From positions 1 to 49,280 of the forward strand of contig CANOPF010000003.1 in assembly GCA_947568535.1 (NCBI GenBank): a DNA stretch of 49,280 nucleotides. Reading direction: 5' to 3'. Each line of letters opens with the position of its first letter. Positions within the stretch are counted from its first letter, which is position 1. This document shows, piece by piece, positions 19,284 through 29,645 of the stretch. The notes under the pieces are model-generated. The model was not told where the DNA came from, searched no databases, and was given only the letters and a program-made list of their open reading frames with translations. This stretch comes from an uncultured Clostridium sp. Its GTDB lineage: Bacteria; Bacillota; Clostridia; TANB77; CAG-508. Position numbers and translations under genes: made by a program.

Positions 19284-21033
19284 CTATTCATTTTCCTTTA
19301 ATGTAATATGTACATCTTCTAATTGTTGTGCTGAAACGACAGATGGTGCATTCATTAATAAATCTCTGGCTTTTTTATTTTTTGGAAAAGCAATAATTTC
19401 TCTAATGTTTTGTGAATCAGCAATAAGCATAACCATTCTATCTACTCCTGGTGCTCCTCCAGCATGTGGTGGTGTTCCATATTGAAAAGCATTATATAAT
19501 GCACCAAACCTATTTTTTACTTCCTCTTCTGTATATCCTGCTATTTCGAATGCCTTTACCATAACCTCTGGATTATGATTTCTAACAGCACCTGATGCCA
19601 TTTCATAACCATTACAAACTAAATCATATTGGTAAGCCAGAATTTCTAATGGATCTTTCCTTTCTAAAGCTTCTAATCCGCCTTGTGGCATAGAAAAAGG
19701 ATTATGACTAAAATCTATTGTTCCTTCATCAGATAATTCATACATAGGAAAATCAACAATAAAACAGAAACGATAAATATCTTTTTCGATTAGATCTAGT
19801 CTTTTACCTAATTCATTTCTAACTAATCCTGCTACTTTTTGTGCTTTTTTCCATTCGTCAGCAATAAAGAAAATAGCCATATTATTTTGTACATGATATT
19901 CTTTTTCTAAGATCTCTTTCTTGTCTTCGGTAATAAATTTAGCAATTCCTCCTGTTACATTTCCATTTTCTTCCCATTTTACCCATGCTAAACCTTTAGC
20001 ACCAACTTCCTCTGTAGTAGCAAATTCTACCATTTTATCAAAGAATTTTCTGCCCTGTTGTGCTCCATTAGGCACAACAATTGCTTTTACTGTTTTTCCT
20101 TTAAAAGCATTAAAGTCAGAATGTGCAAAAACTTTCGTTACATCTTGAATTATAAGTGGATTTCTTAAATCAGGTTTATCACTTCCATACTTCTCCATGG
20201 CCTCTTGATAAGGAATACGAATAAATGGTCCTTCATCTACTTTCCAATTAGTAAATTTTTTAAACGTATAAGGCACTACTTCTTCCATGACTTCAAAAAC
20301 ATCTTCTTGTGTCGCAAAACTCATCTCAAAATCTAATTGATAAAATTCTCCTGGTGCTCTATCTGCTCTTGGATCTTCATCACGAAAACAGGGAGCAATT
20401 TGATAATATCGATTAAATCCACCTACCATTAATAATTGTTTAAATTGTTGAGGTGCTTGTGGAAGTGCATAAAACTCTCCTGCATGTAATCTACTTGGTA
20501 CTAAATAATCTCTTGCCCCTTCTGGCGAAGAATTAGCTAAAATAGGAGTTTGAATTTCTGTAAATCCTAATTCATCCATCTTATCTCTTAAGGTTTTCAA
20601 AATTTTAGAACGAAGCAATATATTGTTGTGCAATTTCTCATTTCTTAAATCTAAAAAACGATACGCTAATCGTAAATCTTCTCTTACTTCTTGTTCTGTG
20701 TTGATTTCAAATGGTAAGATATTCTTGCATTTTCCTAATACTTCTATCTGATTAGCTACTACTTCAATTTCTCCTGTCGTCATTTTAGGATTTTTACTCA
20801 TTCTTTCCACAACTTCTCCGAGAAATGTGGATACAACTTTCTGTACTAAATTGTTTTGCTTGTTCTTGTAATACTTCATCATGAATAACAATCTGTGTAA
20901 TACCAAATTCATCTCTTAAATCAATAAATAGCATTCCACCTAAATTCCTAATTTTTTGTATCCATCCACTTAGTTCTACTTTGTCCCCTTTATTCTGTAA
21001 TGTTAATTCTCCACATGTTTTATTTCTATACAT
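19284..21033 (-). CDS. aspS: Aspartate--tRNA ligase, encoded across a +1 frameshift at CGG (20818-20820)
   Basis: ORF 20794-21033 encodes the N-terminal OB fold (MYR..TCG, GW...R.LGG..FIDLRD); ORF 19284-20912 encodes the rest (LPQAPQQFKQLLM, CFRDED, PPHAG). Skipping one nt at TCT-C-GGA gives ESCIHISGEVVER and a 582-aa protein. Confidence 0.93.
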
Positions 21034-21254
21034 TTAATTCCCTCCGTTCACTTTCTTATTTTTTTATATTACCACAATTTAGGCTGTTTTTCAATGTTTT
21101 CCTTTTTATTTTAAAAATTAATGGTTTATTTCAACAGACAAGACAGTTATTGAGAAAATCATCTCTCTAAAATCCAGATTGAACATTCTTTCCTACTTGC
21201 AGTTTTTTTCCTTCCATGTTATGATAAACAAAAAAAATACTAAGGAGAATATTT

Positions 21255-22160
21255 ATGAATAATGAATTCGACTTTTATGACAAAACCAATCTAAAATCTT
21301 ATAATTTGAACGAAAGTATGAGATATCAACTAAATATGTTAGATCGACTAGATGTATTTACGAGAAAACACTGTGAAAACGTTGCTAGTTTAACCTGTAG
21401 ACTTTGTGAATACTTACATTGTCATAAAAGCTTTACCCAATACTGCACTATTTGTGCCTATTTACATGACATTGGTAAACAATTTATTCCCCCTGAAGTT
21501 CTCCAAAAACCTGGAAAATTAACAGAAGAAGAATATCGTATTATGAAAAATCATACTACATTAGGCTATAACTTATGTATGAAAGATTTAAAATTAAGAC
21601 CTTATTCAGCAGGTGCCCTATATCATCATGAAGCACTAAATGGTTCAGGATATCCACAAGGTTTGTCCAAAAAAGATATTCCTTATGAAGCACAAATTAT
21701 TCGTGTAGCAGACGAATACGATGCTATCGTAAGTAAAAGACAATATAAATCACACATTGGTATCTCTGATACATTAAAAATATTAATTGAAAATACACAA
21801 CCTACAAAAAACGCTAAATTTGGCAAAAATAACCCTACCATTGTCAAATGTTTATTTAAAGTAGTGATTGACGATATTGAATATGAAATTTACTGTACTC
21901 AACAATATGTTGATGAATTACAAAGTGAATTAAAAAGATTTAAACAAATAAACAAATATAAAGAAAAAATGGATCAAGCAAAAAAAGAAAAAGATAAAAA
22001 TTATTACCTGGAAGGAATAAAAATGCTACTAAAAAATAATGAAACCCTAGAAAACTATCTCCTTAGGTATGAAGAATATAAAAAGGCTTACGCAACAAGA
22101 AAAGCTATCATTGATAACCTTTACCAAGAAATTAAAATCATAAAAAAGCTAAAAATATGA
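21255..22160 (+). CDS. HD-GYP domain phosphohydrolase with C-terminal coiled coil
   Basis: H..NV, LHDIGK, HHEALNGSGYP, ADEYDAI. Confidence 0.88.
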   Translation: MNNEFDFYDKTNLKSYNLNESMRYQLNMLDRLDVFTRKHCENVASLTCRLCEYLHCHKSFTQYCTICAYLHDIGKQFIPPEVLQKPGKLTEEEYRIMKNHTTLGYNLCMKDLKLRPYSAGALYHHEALNGSGYPQGLSKKDIPYEAQIIRVADEYDAIVSKRQYKSHIGISDTLKILIENTQPTKNAKFGKNNPTIVKCLFKVVIDDIEYEIYCTQQYVDELQSELKRFKQINKYKEKMDQAKKEKDKNYYLEGIKMLLKNNETLENYLLRYEEYKKAYATRKAIIDNLYQEIKIIKKLKI

Positions 22161-22173
22161 CCTATCTATATCA

Positions 22174-22216
22174 AAACTGCCAAAATTGCCAGATAAATGG
22201 CAATTTTGGCAGTTTT
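22174..22216. terminator. Bidirectional terminator
   Basis: AAAACTGCCAAAATTGCCA...TGGCAATTTTGGCAGTTTT between convergent genes. Confidence 0.8.
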
Positions 22217-22217
22217 C

Positions 22218-22568
22218 TTATTCACCTAATCCAAAGCTTACTCCTAAAGCATTATTCACTTTATCAATTATCTTTTCATCATCAATATGACCAATTCTTT
22301 CCTTTAGTCTACTTTTGTCAATTGTTCTTATTTGCTCTGCTAAAACAACAGAATTACTTTTTAATCCACAAGATGCTGAATCTATCTCTATATGTGTTGG
22401 TAATTTATTTTTCCCCGTCTGAGAAGTGATCGCTGCGGCAATTACAGTAGGACTATATTTATTACCCAAATCATTTTGTATAATAAGAACTGGCCTAATT
22501 CCCCCTTGCTCTGAGCCAACTACTGGACTTAAATCTGCATAAAACATATCTCCTCTTTTGATTTGCAT
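22218..22568 (-). CDS. mazF: MazF/PemK (EndoA) endoribonuclease
   Basis: [30 protein letters not shown]; [10 protein letters not shown]. Confidence 0.95.
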   Translation of the reverse strand: MQIKRGDMFYADLSPVVGSEQGGIRPVLIIQNDLGNKYSPTVIAAAITSQTGKNKLPTHIEIDSASCGLKSNSVVLAEQIRTIDKSRLKERIGHIDDEKIIDKVNNALGVSFGLGE

Positions 22569-22650
22569 ATTCTTCACTCCCAATATTCGTATATTGTCAA
22601 GTATATTTCATGCTATTTTAAATATTAGTGGAAGTAAATTAATGGTTATT

Positions 22651-23253
22651 TTAACTATTTATCTTTACCTCATTATATAATATGTAAACACTTCCCTTTT
22701 TGTTCGTCCAGTTAATTTCCATTTTTACTGGTTTTCCTGTATTTCTATCAACCCATAAAGTCTTTTCTTCTTGATTTTGGGAGGTTTTCATAACAATTTC
22801 ATGATGTTCTTCTTTCCAATTTGCTTTTTCATCAGCCTGATAGTCTTTGATAAAACAACTCAAATCTAAAATATTATCTGATAGGTATTCATAATTTTCA
22901 AAAATAGAACTTAAACTTAATTGACTATTCTCTATTTTCAATTGATTTCCCATCTTGATTATTTTTATCCCTGCCACATTGGTTGGCTCTAAAATCTCTT
23001 GTGTTGATACATCTGGGCTAGTATATTGTTGCTTTAACCTATACTTATTGTTATTTTTATTGCTATTAACCTCTACCTCTATTTTTGTATCATAGGAACG
23101 AATATTTAAAATATAATCAACAATTTCTTGACTACTACTATTATTCCCAATTTTTAAATTTTTAGCCGTTTGAGAATAAGAAAAAATAAAAAAAATCATC
23201 ATTCCTAATATTAATGCAATAGCAAGTATAAAAAATATGCTCTTTTTTTTCAA
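22651..23253 (-). CDS. GerS/LolA-like membrane-anchored protein
   Basis: N-terminal TM; SY...EV.SNK..N.Y..KQ.Y pattern; upstream of mazF as in clostridial gerS loci. Probable TTG start. Confidence 0.5.
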   Translation of the reverse strand: MKKKSIFFILAIALILGMMIFFIFSYSQTAKNLKIGNNSSSQEIVDYILNIRSYDTKIEVEVNSNKNNNKYRLKQQYTSPDVSTQEILEPTNVAGIKIIKMGNQLKIENSQLSLSSIFENYEYLSDNILDLSCFIKDYQADEKANWKEEHHEIVMKTSQNQEEKTLWVDRNTGKPVKMEINWTNKKGSVYILYNEVKINS

Positions 23254-23303
23254 AACGTTACCTCCTAAAAAGATAGTAGATCTCAATCTACTATCATTCT
23301 ATT

Positions 23304-24275
23304 TTAAAGCGTTTTAAAATATTCTTCTATTCTATGGATTAATTCTGTATACGTATCAATTTGATTAATCTCACGTCTAAATTCCCCTGAATTTTTTAAG
23401 TTTTTTGTATACCAAGCAATATGCTTCCTCAATTCTTTAATCGCTATCTCCCCTTTTTCTTCAATAGCTAAATGAATATGTTTTTTTATTATCGTTAATT
23501 TTTCTTGATTAGATGGCTCTGGCAATTTCTCCCCTGTTTGCAAAAAATAGATTAATTTTCGAAAAATCCAAGGATTACCAAAACTACCTCTCCCAATCAT
23601 AATCCCATCTACACCTGTTTCTTGAAACATGGCTAATGCAGATTCTTCATCCACCACATCCCCATTTCCTATAACAGGAATCGTAACAGCCTGTTTTACT
23701 TGTTTTATCATTGTTAACTCTGCCTTTCCTGAATAAAATGCAGAACGTGTTCTTCCATGAATCGTAATAGCAGAAATACCAACCTGCTGAGCCAATTTAG
23801 CCAATTCTACTGCTACGATGTGATCCAAATCCCATCCTATTCTACATTTTAGTGTAACTGGTACTTCAGCATTTTTTACTACAGCACGCATTACTTTCTC
23901 TGCTTGTTGTAAGTCTAATAATAATTTACTGCCATCACCATTCTTTACCACTTTAGGAGCAGGACATCCCATATTAATATCCACTAAATCTGCCATTTTA
24001 CTCACATATCTAGTAGCATATCCCATCGTTTCTTCATCACTTCCAAAAATTTGAAAACTAATTGGTCCTTTTTCGCCTTCTCTATTGAGTAATCGATTAG
24101 TTTTTTTATCATCATGAAAAATAGCCTTTGCACTAGCCATCTCTGTACATACTAAACCTGGTCCAAACTCTTTGGTAATTCTCCTAAAAGGCTGGTTTGT
24201 TACACCAGCCATCGGAGCTAATATTAAATTATTCTCTAATTTTATTTTACCTATTTTTAATGGATGTAAATACAC
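23304..24275 (-). CDS. dusB: tRNA-dihydrouridine synthase B
   Basis: LAPMAGVT, DINMGCP, TIHGRT, IGNGD, MIGRG..GNPWIF. Confidence 0.95.
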   Translation of the reverse strand: MYLHPLKIGKIKLENNLILAPMAGVTNQPFRRITKEFGPGLVCTEMASAKAIFHDDKKTNRLLNREGEKGPISFQIFGSDEETMGYATRYVSKMADLVDINMGCPAPKVVKNGDGSKLLLDLQQAEKVMRAVVKNAEVPVTLKCRIGWDLDHIVAVELAKLAQQVGISAITIHGRTRSAFYSGKAELTMIKQVKQAVTIPVIGNGDVVDEESALAMFQETGVDGIMIGRGSFGNPWIFRKLIYFLQTGEKLPEPSNQEKLTIIKKHIHLAIEEKGEIAIKELRKHIAWYTKNLKNSGEFRREINQIDTYTELIHRIEEYFKTL

Positions 24276-24334
24276 AAGTTAAAGAAAGTTCTTTAATACA
24301 ATTCAAAACTTTTAGAACTTTCCTTCCCCCTTTC

Positions 24335-25441
24335 TTATTTCACAAATATTGTTTTTTGCCTTTTTCCACTAATATTCAATAATAGCGCAATACAGATAAA
24401 ATTGGTAATTAACGAACTACCACCATAACTAATAAAGGGAAGTGGAACTCCAGTAATCGGTAATAATCCCATTACCATTCCTATATTTTCTAACATATGA
24501 AATACAAAAATTCCCGTTATCCCAGATGCTATTAATGAACCAGCCTCATCTTTTGCTGTTTTGGCTACATATAAACATTTAGTTAAAAATATCACATAGA
24601 GGATAATCACTGTTCCAGCTACCAAAAATCCCATTTCTTCTCCAATTACAGCAAAAATAAAGTCTGTGGTTTTTGGATATAGAAAACCTAATTGGGTTTG
24701 ATTTCCTTTTAATATTCCCATTCCCGTTAATCCCCCTGCTCCAATAGCCAATTTAGATTGAATAATATTGTATCCTGCTCCACGTGGATCTGATTCTGGA
24801 TTTAAAAAGATATCTATTCTTTTTCTTGCATGATCTGGCAATACAAAATGATAGATTATCGGTATAGATATGACAACAATAATCATAGTTCCTATGATAT
24901 ATTTCTTATCAATACCTGCTGTTATTAATATAAAGATCATAGCTACTAAAAATGCTGCTGCTGTTCCATAATCTGGTTGCTTAATAATCAGCACTACAGG
25001 CACAGCAAATATAGCTAATAAAATGAGTAAGGAAATCGGTTTATTTATACTCCTTTTATCTCTTTCTTGGATTTTAGTTGTCACATGAGTAAAAAATAAA
25101 ATAACAAAGATTTTAGCAAACTCAGCTGGCTGCAAAGAAAAAAAACCTATATCAAACCAGCTTGTAGCTCCATTAACTGGTTTGGTAAACAATACAGCAA
25201 CAAGCAGTAAAATAAAAGCCCCATAAAATATGGGTGACATTTTTACCATGGCTTCATAATCAAGCATCATTATCATTATAGCTATGATTATACTGACAAT
25301 CAGCCATACACACTGTTTATTAAATTCATCATAATTTGCTTCTTGTGTCGCCGAAAATAATGCTACTAATCCTATTATACAAAGGATTATTGCAATGATT
25401 CCGATACTCCATTCTATATTTTTTAATTCTCTTTTTCTCAT
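24335..25441 (-). CDS. rodA: SEDS protein RodA
   Basis: Multi-TM; QPAEFAK, QPDYGTA, TDFIFAVIGEE, LPFISYGGSS; follows minE. Confidence 0.9.
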   Translation of the reverse strand: MRKRELKNIEWSIGIIAIILCIIGLVALFSATQEANYDEFNKQCVWLIVSIIIAIMIMMLDYEAMVKMSPIFYGAFILLLVAVLFTKPVNGATSWFDIGFFSLQPAEFAKIFVILFFTHVTTKIQERDKRSINKPISLLILLAIFAVPVVLIIKQPDYGTAAAFLVAMIFILITAGIDKKYIIGTMIIVVISIPIIYHFVLPDHARKRIDIFLNPESDPRGAGYNIIQSKLAIGAGGLTGMGILKGNQTQLGFLYPKTTDFIFAVIGEEMGFLVAGTVIILYVIFLTKCLYVAKTAKDEAGSLIASGITGIFVFHMLENIGMVMGLLPITGVPLPFISYGGSSLITNFICIALLLNISGKRQKTIFVK

Positions 25442-25460
25442 TAAATCACTCTTTTTCTCT

Positions 25461-26045
25461 TTAATCTTCTGATTTAAATTCTTCTTTTTTCTCTTGTTCA
25501 GACTGCTTTTTTGTATCTTTTTCTGCCTCTTCTTTTTCGTTTAGCTTCTTCTCTTTGTCTTCTACCTCTTCTATTACTTCTATTTTATCCTTTTCTTTTT
25601 TCTCTGGTTTCTCCTCTTTTTCTATGACTTTTTCTTCTTTTGCCTTAGTTCCAGATTTTCCTTCCTTCTTTTCGCTTTTTTTCGTTCCCTTTTTTGTTTT
25701 TTTCTCTCCTTTTTCTACTTTCTCTTTTCCTTCTATCTTTCTTACTTCATTTTTTATATGCAAAATAGGGATGTTCGCATATAATGCTGGTGCACCATTA
25801 GTTCCATCTTCATTTTCTTGGTTAGTAAGTTTTACATCGATAGACTCTTCATCTACATCGATATATTTTTTTATTACTTCTATAATTTCTTGTTTCATTA
25901 ATTCTAAAAAGTCTGCTGAAACATTGGCTCTGTCTTGCATTAAGACTAAATGCAATCTTTCTTTAGCTGTTTCTCTAGAATTCGATCCTACTTTATCTTC
26001 TTTTTTACTCCACTTTTTAAAAAAATTCATTATGTTCTCAAACAT
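25461..26045 (-). CDS. minE: MinE with long Lys/Glu-rich C-terminal extension
   Basis: AKERLHLVLMQDR, EIIEVIKKY, LYANIPI. Confidence 0.92.
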   Translation of the reverse strand: MFENIMNFFKKWSKKEDKVGSNSRETAKERLHLVLMQDRANVSADFLELMKQEIIEVIKKYIDVDEESIDVKLTNQENEDGTNGAPALYANIPILHIKNEVRKIEGKEKVEKGEKKTKKGTKKSEKKEGKSGTKAKEEKVIEKEEKPEKKEKDKIEVIEEVEDKEKKLNEKEEAEKDTKKQSEQEKKEEFKSED

Positions 26046-26070
26046 TATTCTTGTTTACCTCCATATAGCT

Positions 26071-26865
26071 TTATTGTTTTTTGAATAGTCTCATTAACTT
26101 TGCCCAAAAGCCTATTTCCCTTCCTGGAACAGTTACTTCTATTTTCTCTCCTAATACCCTTTTGGCTATCTCAATATAAGCTTTTCCTGATGGTGCTTTT
26201 TTGTTTTGTATCACTGGCTCTCCTTTGTTTGTTTGTGTAATAATATATTCATCATCTGGCACAACACCAATCAGATCTATGGATAGTAAATCTACAATAT
26301 CATCAACATCCATCATTTCACCTTTTTTTACCATATTTGGTCTAATTCTATTAATGACTAATTCTGGATTTTTAATTTCAGATGATTCTAGTAATCCAAT
26401 AATTCTATCAGCATCTCTAATTGCAGATATTTCTGCTGTTGTTACAACAATAGCACGATTTGCTCCAGCAATGGCATTTTTAAATCCTTGTTCAATTCCA
26501 GCTGGACAATCAATTAGTATATAATCAAACTCTTCTTTTAATTTCTCCACTAAATCTTTCATTTGTTCTTCATTGACAGCACTTTTATCTCTGGTTTGTG
26601 CAGCTGGCAATAAATATAATTCTTTAAATCGTTTATCTTTAATAAGTGCTTGTCTCAATTTACATTTTTCTTCTACTACATCAACAATATCATAAACAAT
26701 TCTATTTTCTAATCCCATAACAACATCTAAATTACGAAGTCCTATATCGGTATCAATCAAAACTACCTTTTTTCCTTCTAGTGCTAAACTTGAACCTAAA
26801 TTTGCTGTAGTTGTCGTTTTTCCTACTCCACCTTTTCCTGATGTGATTACAATTACTTCTCCCAT
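26071..26865 (-). CDS. minD: Septum site-determining ATPase MinD
   Basis: TSGKGGVGKTT, DIGLRNLD, DCPAGIEQGF; start ATG 26865 after AGGAGGAG. Confidence 0.97.
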   Translation of the reverse strand: MGEVIVITSGKGGVGKTTTTANLGSSLALEGKKVVLIDTDIGLRNLDVVMGLENRIVYDIVDVVEEKCKLRQALIKDKRFKELYLLPAAQTRDKSAVNEEQMKDLVEKLKEEFDYILIDCPAGIEQGFKNAIAGANRAIVVTTAEISAIRDADRIIGLLESSEIKNPELVINRIRPNMVKKGEMMDVDDIVDLLSIDLIGVVPDDEYIITQTNKGEPVIQNKKAPSGKAYIEIAKRVLGEKIEVTVPGREIGFWAKLMRLFKKQ

Positions 26866-27074
26866 AATTCTCCTCCTTAGGATTTTTAAGACATATTTAA
26901 ACATATATATAATATAATGAAAATGTGAAAAAGTCAATCTGTATAATCAAAATATTACTAAAATATGACTATTTCATGCAAAAAGAGACGACAAATTAAT
27001 GTAGTCCCATGTAATGTTTTCTCGTCGATCAACTAGATCGATTTTACTTTATTTTTGGTATCTGTGCTAACCAT

Positions 27075-27608
27075 TTATGTGTCCCATAGCAATCTTATCT
27101 GTTCTGTGTCTTTATCGGCAGTTGTATAATCTGTATAAAATGTTTCCTCACCAACAGTAATACCTTGTACATAAAATATATTATGAGTTGTTGAATGAAT
27201 AATATATATATTGGTATCTGTCAATTCCGAAAATTCGTCTGTTTTTAGTTTTTCAAAATCTTGTCCATAATTTAACGTTAAATTATCTATTTCGGATAAA
27301 TTAATTAGATAAAAACTTCCTGTATCACTAAGCTCTTCTTCATTAAGAATTCCTGATTGTTGAATATTTGTCATATTCGTATATTTCGTTTTCAGCATCT
27401 CATTAATATTACCTTTTTCGGCATAATGAGCAGAAATTTTATCCCTCAAATTAGCAATATCATTTTGCATAGCTTTCCATTTTGCTATTTGTAAATCATC
27501 TTGTACATGATAAATGATTATTCCTGTTATAATCATTAAAACAATAATGGCTATTGATAATGAAATTAACGAAATTCCACTTTTTTCACGCATTTTCTTT
27601 TTTATCAT
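27075..27608 (-). CDS. Type IV pilin-like protein
   Basis: Basic leader + SG|ISLISLSIAIIVLMIITG prepilin-like helix (no Glu at +5). Confidence 0.6.
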   Translation of the reverse strand: MIKKKMREKSGISLISLSIAIIVLMIITGIIIYHVQDDLQIAKWKAMQNDIANLRDKISAHYAEKGNINEMLKTKYTNMTNIQQSGILNEEELSDTGSFYLINLSEIDNLTLNYGQDFEKLKTDEFSELTDTNIYIIHSTTHNIFYVQGITVGEETFYTDYTTADKDTEQIRLLWDT

Positions 27609-27657
27609 TTGCTTCTTCTCCTCTTTTCTTCTCTTTAGTATTAGTTTACTATTTATT

Positions 27658-28323
27658 TTACTTTATTTCAATACTTTTTTGTACTAAATTATAGATTTTA
27701 TTCCTTCTTTCATATCTTCTATCTTCTCTAATAAAAATACCCCAAAGAACCAAAACAATTAAAAATATGGCAATGTTTTCAACTCGATAAATAACAATAC
27801 TAGCAATAAAAGTTATTGCCATCAATGTAATAAATGAAATGCGGTTATTATATTTTTCTGCCTTCTGTTTGCCAAAAACAATATGTAGTACTCCTTTCAT
27901 CACCCTTCCTCCATCAAGTGGATAAACTGGTAACAAATTAAACACCATTAATAATAAATTAGCATACATAATTGTTGTTGTGTTAAAAAACGCTATCCCT
28001 ATATGTATTTGTGACATAATTAGTATGATAATAAAATTTGTCATTGGTCCAGCTAAAGCCACAAATATCTTTTTTACGGCTAATTGATTACCCTTTTTTA
28101 TCTTTGTGTTATAATCTTTTGGTAAAAATTTAAAAGATATCGTTACTCCATATGGCATAATTTCCATTTTATCTGGCTTTAACCCTAACAATAAACCAAC
28201 AAAGAGATGACCTAACTCATGAATAATAGCAAAAAACATAATCATTGCATACACTTCAATTTGTTGAGTAAAATAGAACAAGATCATAAAAAGAAATATC
28301 TTCAAGTCAATTCTAAATCGCAT
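27658..28323 (-). CDS. spoIVFB: SpoIVFB-like M50 intramembrane metalloprotease
   Basis: HELGH, LAGP, NLLPVYPLDGGR; downstream of an M23 gene. Confidence 0.8.
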   Translation of the reverse strand: MRFRIDLKIFLFMILFYFTQQIEVYAMIMFFAIIHELGHLFVGLLLGLKPDKMEIMPYGVTISFKFLPKDYNTKIKKGNQLAVKKIFVALAGPMTNFIIILIMSQIHIGIAFFNTTTIMYANLLLMVFNLLPVYPLDGGRVMKGVLHIVFGKQKAEKYNNRISFITLMAITFIASIVIYRVENIAIFLIVLVLWGIFIREDRRYERRNKIYNLVQKSIEIK

Positions 28324-28335
28324 ATTCCTCCTCCT

Positions 28336-29229
28336 TTATAATTCTAAAATATTTTGTGGATCTATGGTTCTTTCAGAAATTCTAATTTCAAAATGTAAAT
28401 GTGGCCCAGTTGAGTTTCCTGTTGAACCAACTTCTGCGATTTCCTGTCCTTGTACAACTTTCTCTCCTTGTTTTACATATAATTGATGGCAATGAGCATA
28501 AATAATACTTACTTCTCCTATTTGAATCTTTAAATGTTTTCCATAATCTCCCTCTTCAGATGCTAAAACCACTTCTCCATCTGTTGCTGATTTGATTTTC
28601 GTCCCCAAATTAGCAGCAATATCTGTACCTGTATGATTTTTTGGAACATTTCCCGTTGCCGTTTCTCGATAGCCATATTTTGAACTAATTGTTCCTTCAA
28701 TTGGTTTAATAAAACTAGTTGTGTTTTTTATGTTTTGTTTATCTATTTCTTCAGGTGTTAAATTCTCTTTATTTTCTACATTTTCTATATTTTGATGAAC
28801 TTCTTCTTGAACTACCCCTACAGCACCACCAATTGCTTCTTGGTTTACTTCTTCTTTTACTTCACTATCTTCTGTTTCTGCTTTTGGTTCATCGACTGTT
28901 TCACTGTTTTGTGCTTGCCCAATAAAACCCATAACCTGACTTTTAATCATCTCATATAATTCCACAAAATTTGTATCATAAGAAAGAATTTCTTTTGCCT
29001 TATTAATAAAATCACTTGAAAAAACATACTGATTGTGTTGTACACTATATACAATTAAATAGATTACTACACAAATGAGTATTTGCAAAAGCATTTTCTT
29101 CAATAGTTTAAAATCTTTTTTATCATTCACCGTTACTTTGGTAATTGGTCGGATCTCCCCTTGCTTTCTTCTCTCATAAATTTCCTCAGCTCGTCTTATC
29201 TTTTCTTCTACACTCATTACTCTTTCCAT
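28336..29229 (-). CDS. M23 family peptidase (SpoIVFA position)
   Basis: TM anchor; HTGTD, YAHC, GPHLHFE. Confidence 0.85.
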   Translation of the reverse strand: MERVMSVEEKIRRAEEIYERRKQGEIRPITKVTVNDKKDFKLLKKMLLQILICVVIYLIVYSVQHNQYVFSSDFINKAKEILSYDTNFVELYEMIKSQVMGFIGQAQNSETVDEPKAETEDSEVKEEVNQEAIGGAVGVVQEEVHQNIENVENKENLTPEEIDKQNIKNTTSFIKPIEGTISSKYGYRETATGNVPKNHTGTDIAANLGTKIKSATDGEVVLASEEGDYGKHLKIQIGEVSIIYAHCHQLYVKQGEKVVQGQEIAEVGSTGNSTGPHLHFEIRISERTIDPQNILEL

Positions 29230-29297
29230 AAAAAACACCTCTTCCTTTGTTTTATCACACATACTTAAACATATGTTAAAGAAAGAGGTTTTATTAC

Positions 29298-29645
29298 TTA
29301 TTTGGTAATTAGTAATAATGCCTGTATCAGCATAATGAAACTTGAGACAAATGCATATTTTTTTAATTGTCTATATCTTTTATTGACTTTATTCATCTTA
29401 TCTCGCTTTTGTTCTTGATTATTTTCTAATTTAGTAATATAGTTAATGATTAACATTTCTGCTTCTTTTAAAACATAATCTTTTTCCTTTCCTACAATTT
29501 CTCTTTTTTCTATTTTATTCTTTTTATCTATCTTTTCTAATTTTTTTACTTTTTTACTGGATTTTAAAATAACAATGGCTTCTTCTACTAAATTAGATGG
29601 CAAATTTTTTAGCACTAACATATTCTTCATATTACTTGTTTCCAT
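29298..29645 (-). CDS. Hypothetical protein with C-terminal TM
   Basis: SD AGGAGG; N-terminal KNLPSNLVEEAIVILK. Confidence 0.7.
   Translation of the reverse strand: METSNMKNMLVLKNLPSNLVEEAIVILKSSKKVKKLEKIDKKNKIEKREIVGKEKDYVLKEAEMLIINYITKLENNQEQKRDKMNKVNKRYRQLKKYAFVSSFIMLIQALLLITK

Noticed and set aside
20821-20912. Independent start for the large aspS ORF (MNLVLHRLL...)
   Set aside because: This N-terminus is non-homologous; AspS similarity in that frame starts only at GEVVER, right at the CGG site.
10638-22160. AGG as a shift-prone or reassigned codon
   Set aside because: In-frame AGG occurs in intact genes (XRE regulator, second PBP, HD-GYP protein) with no frame disruption.
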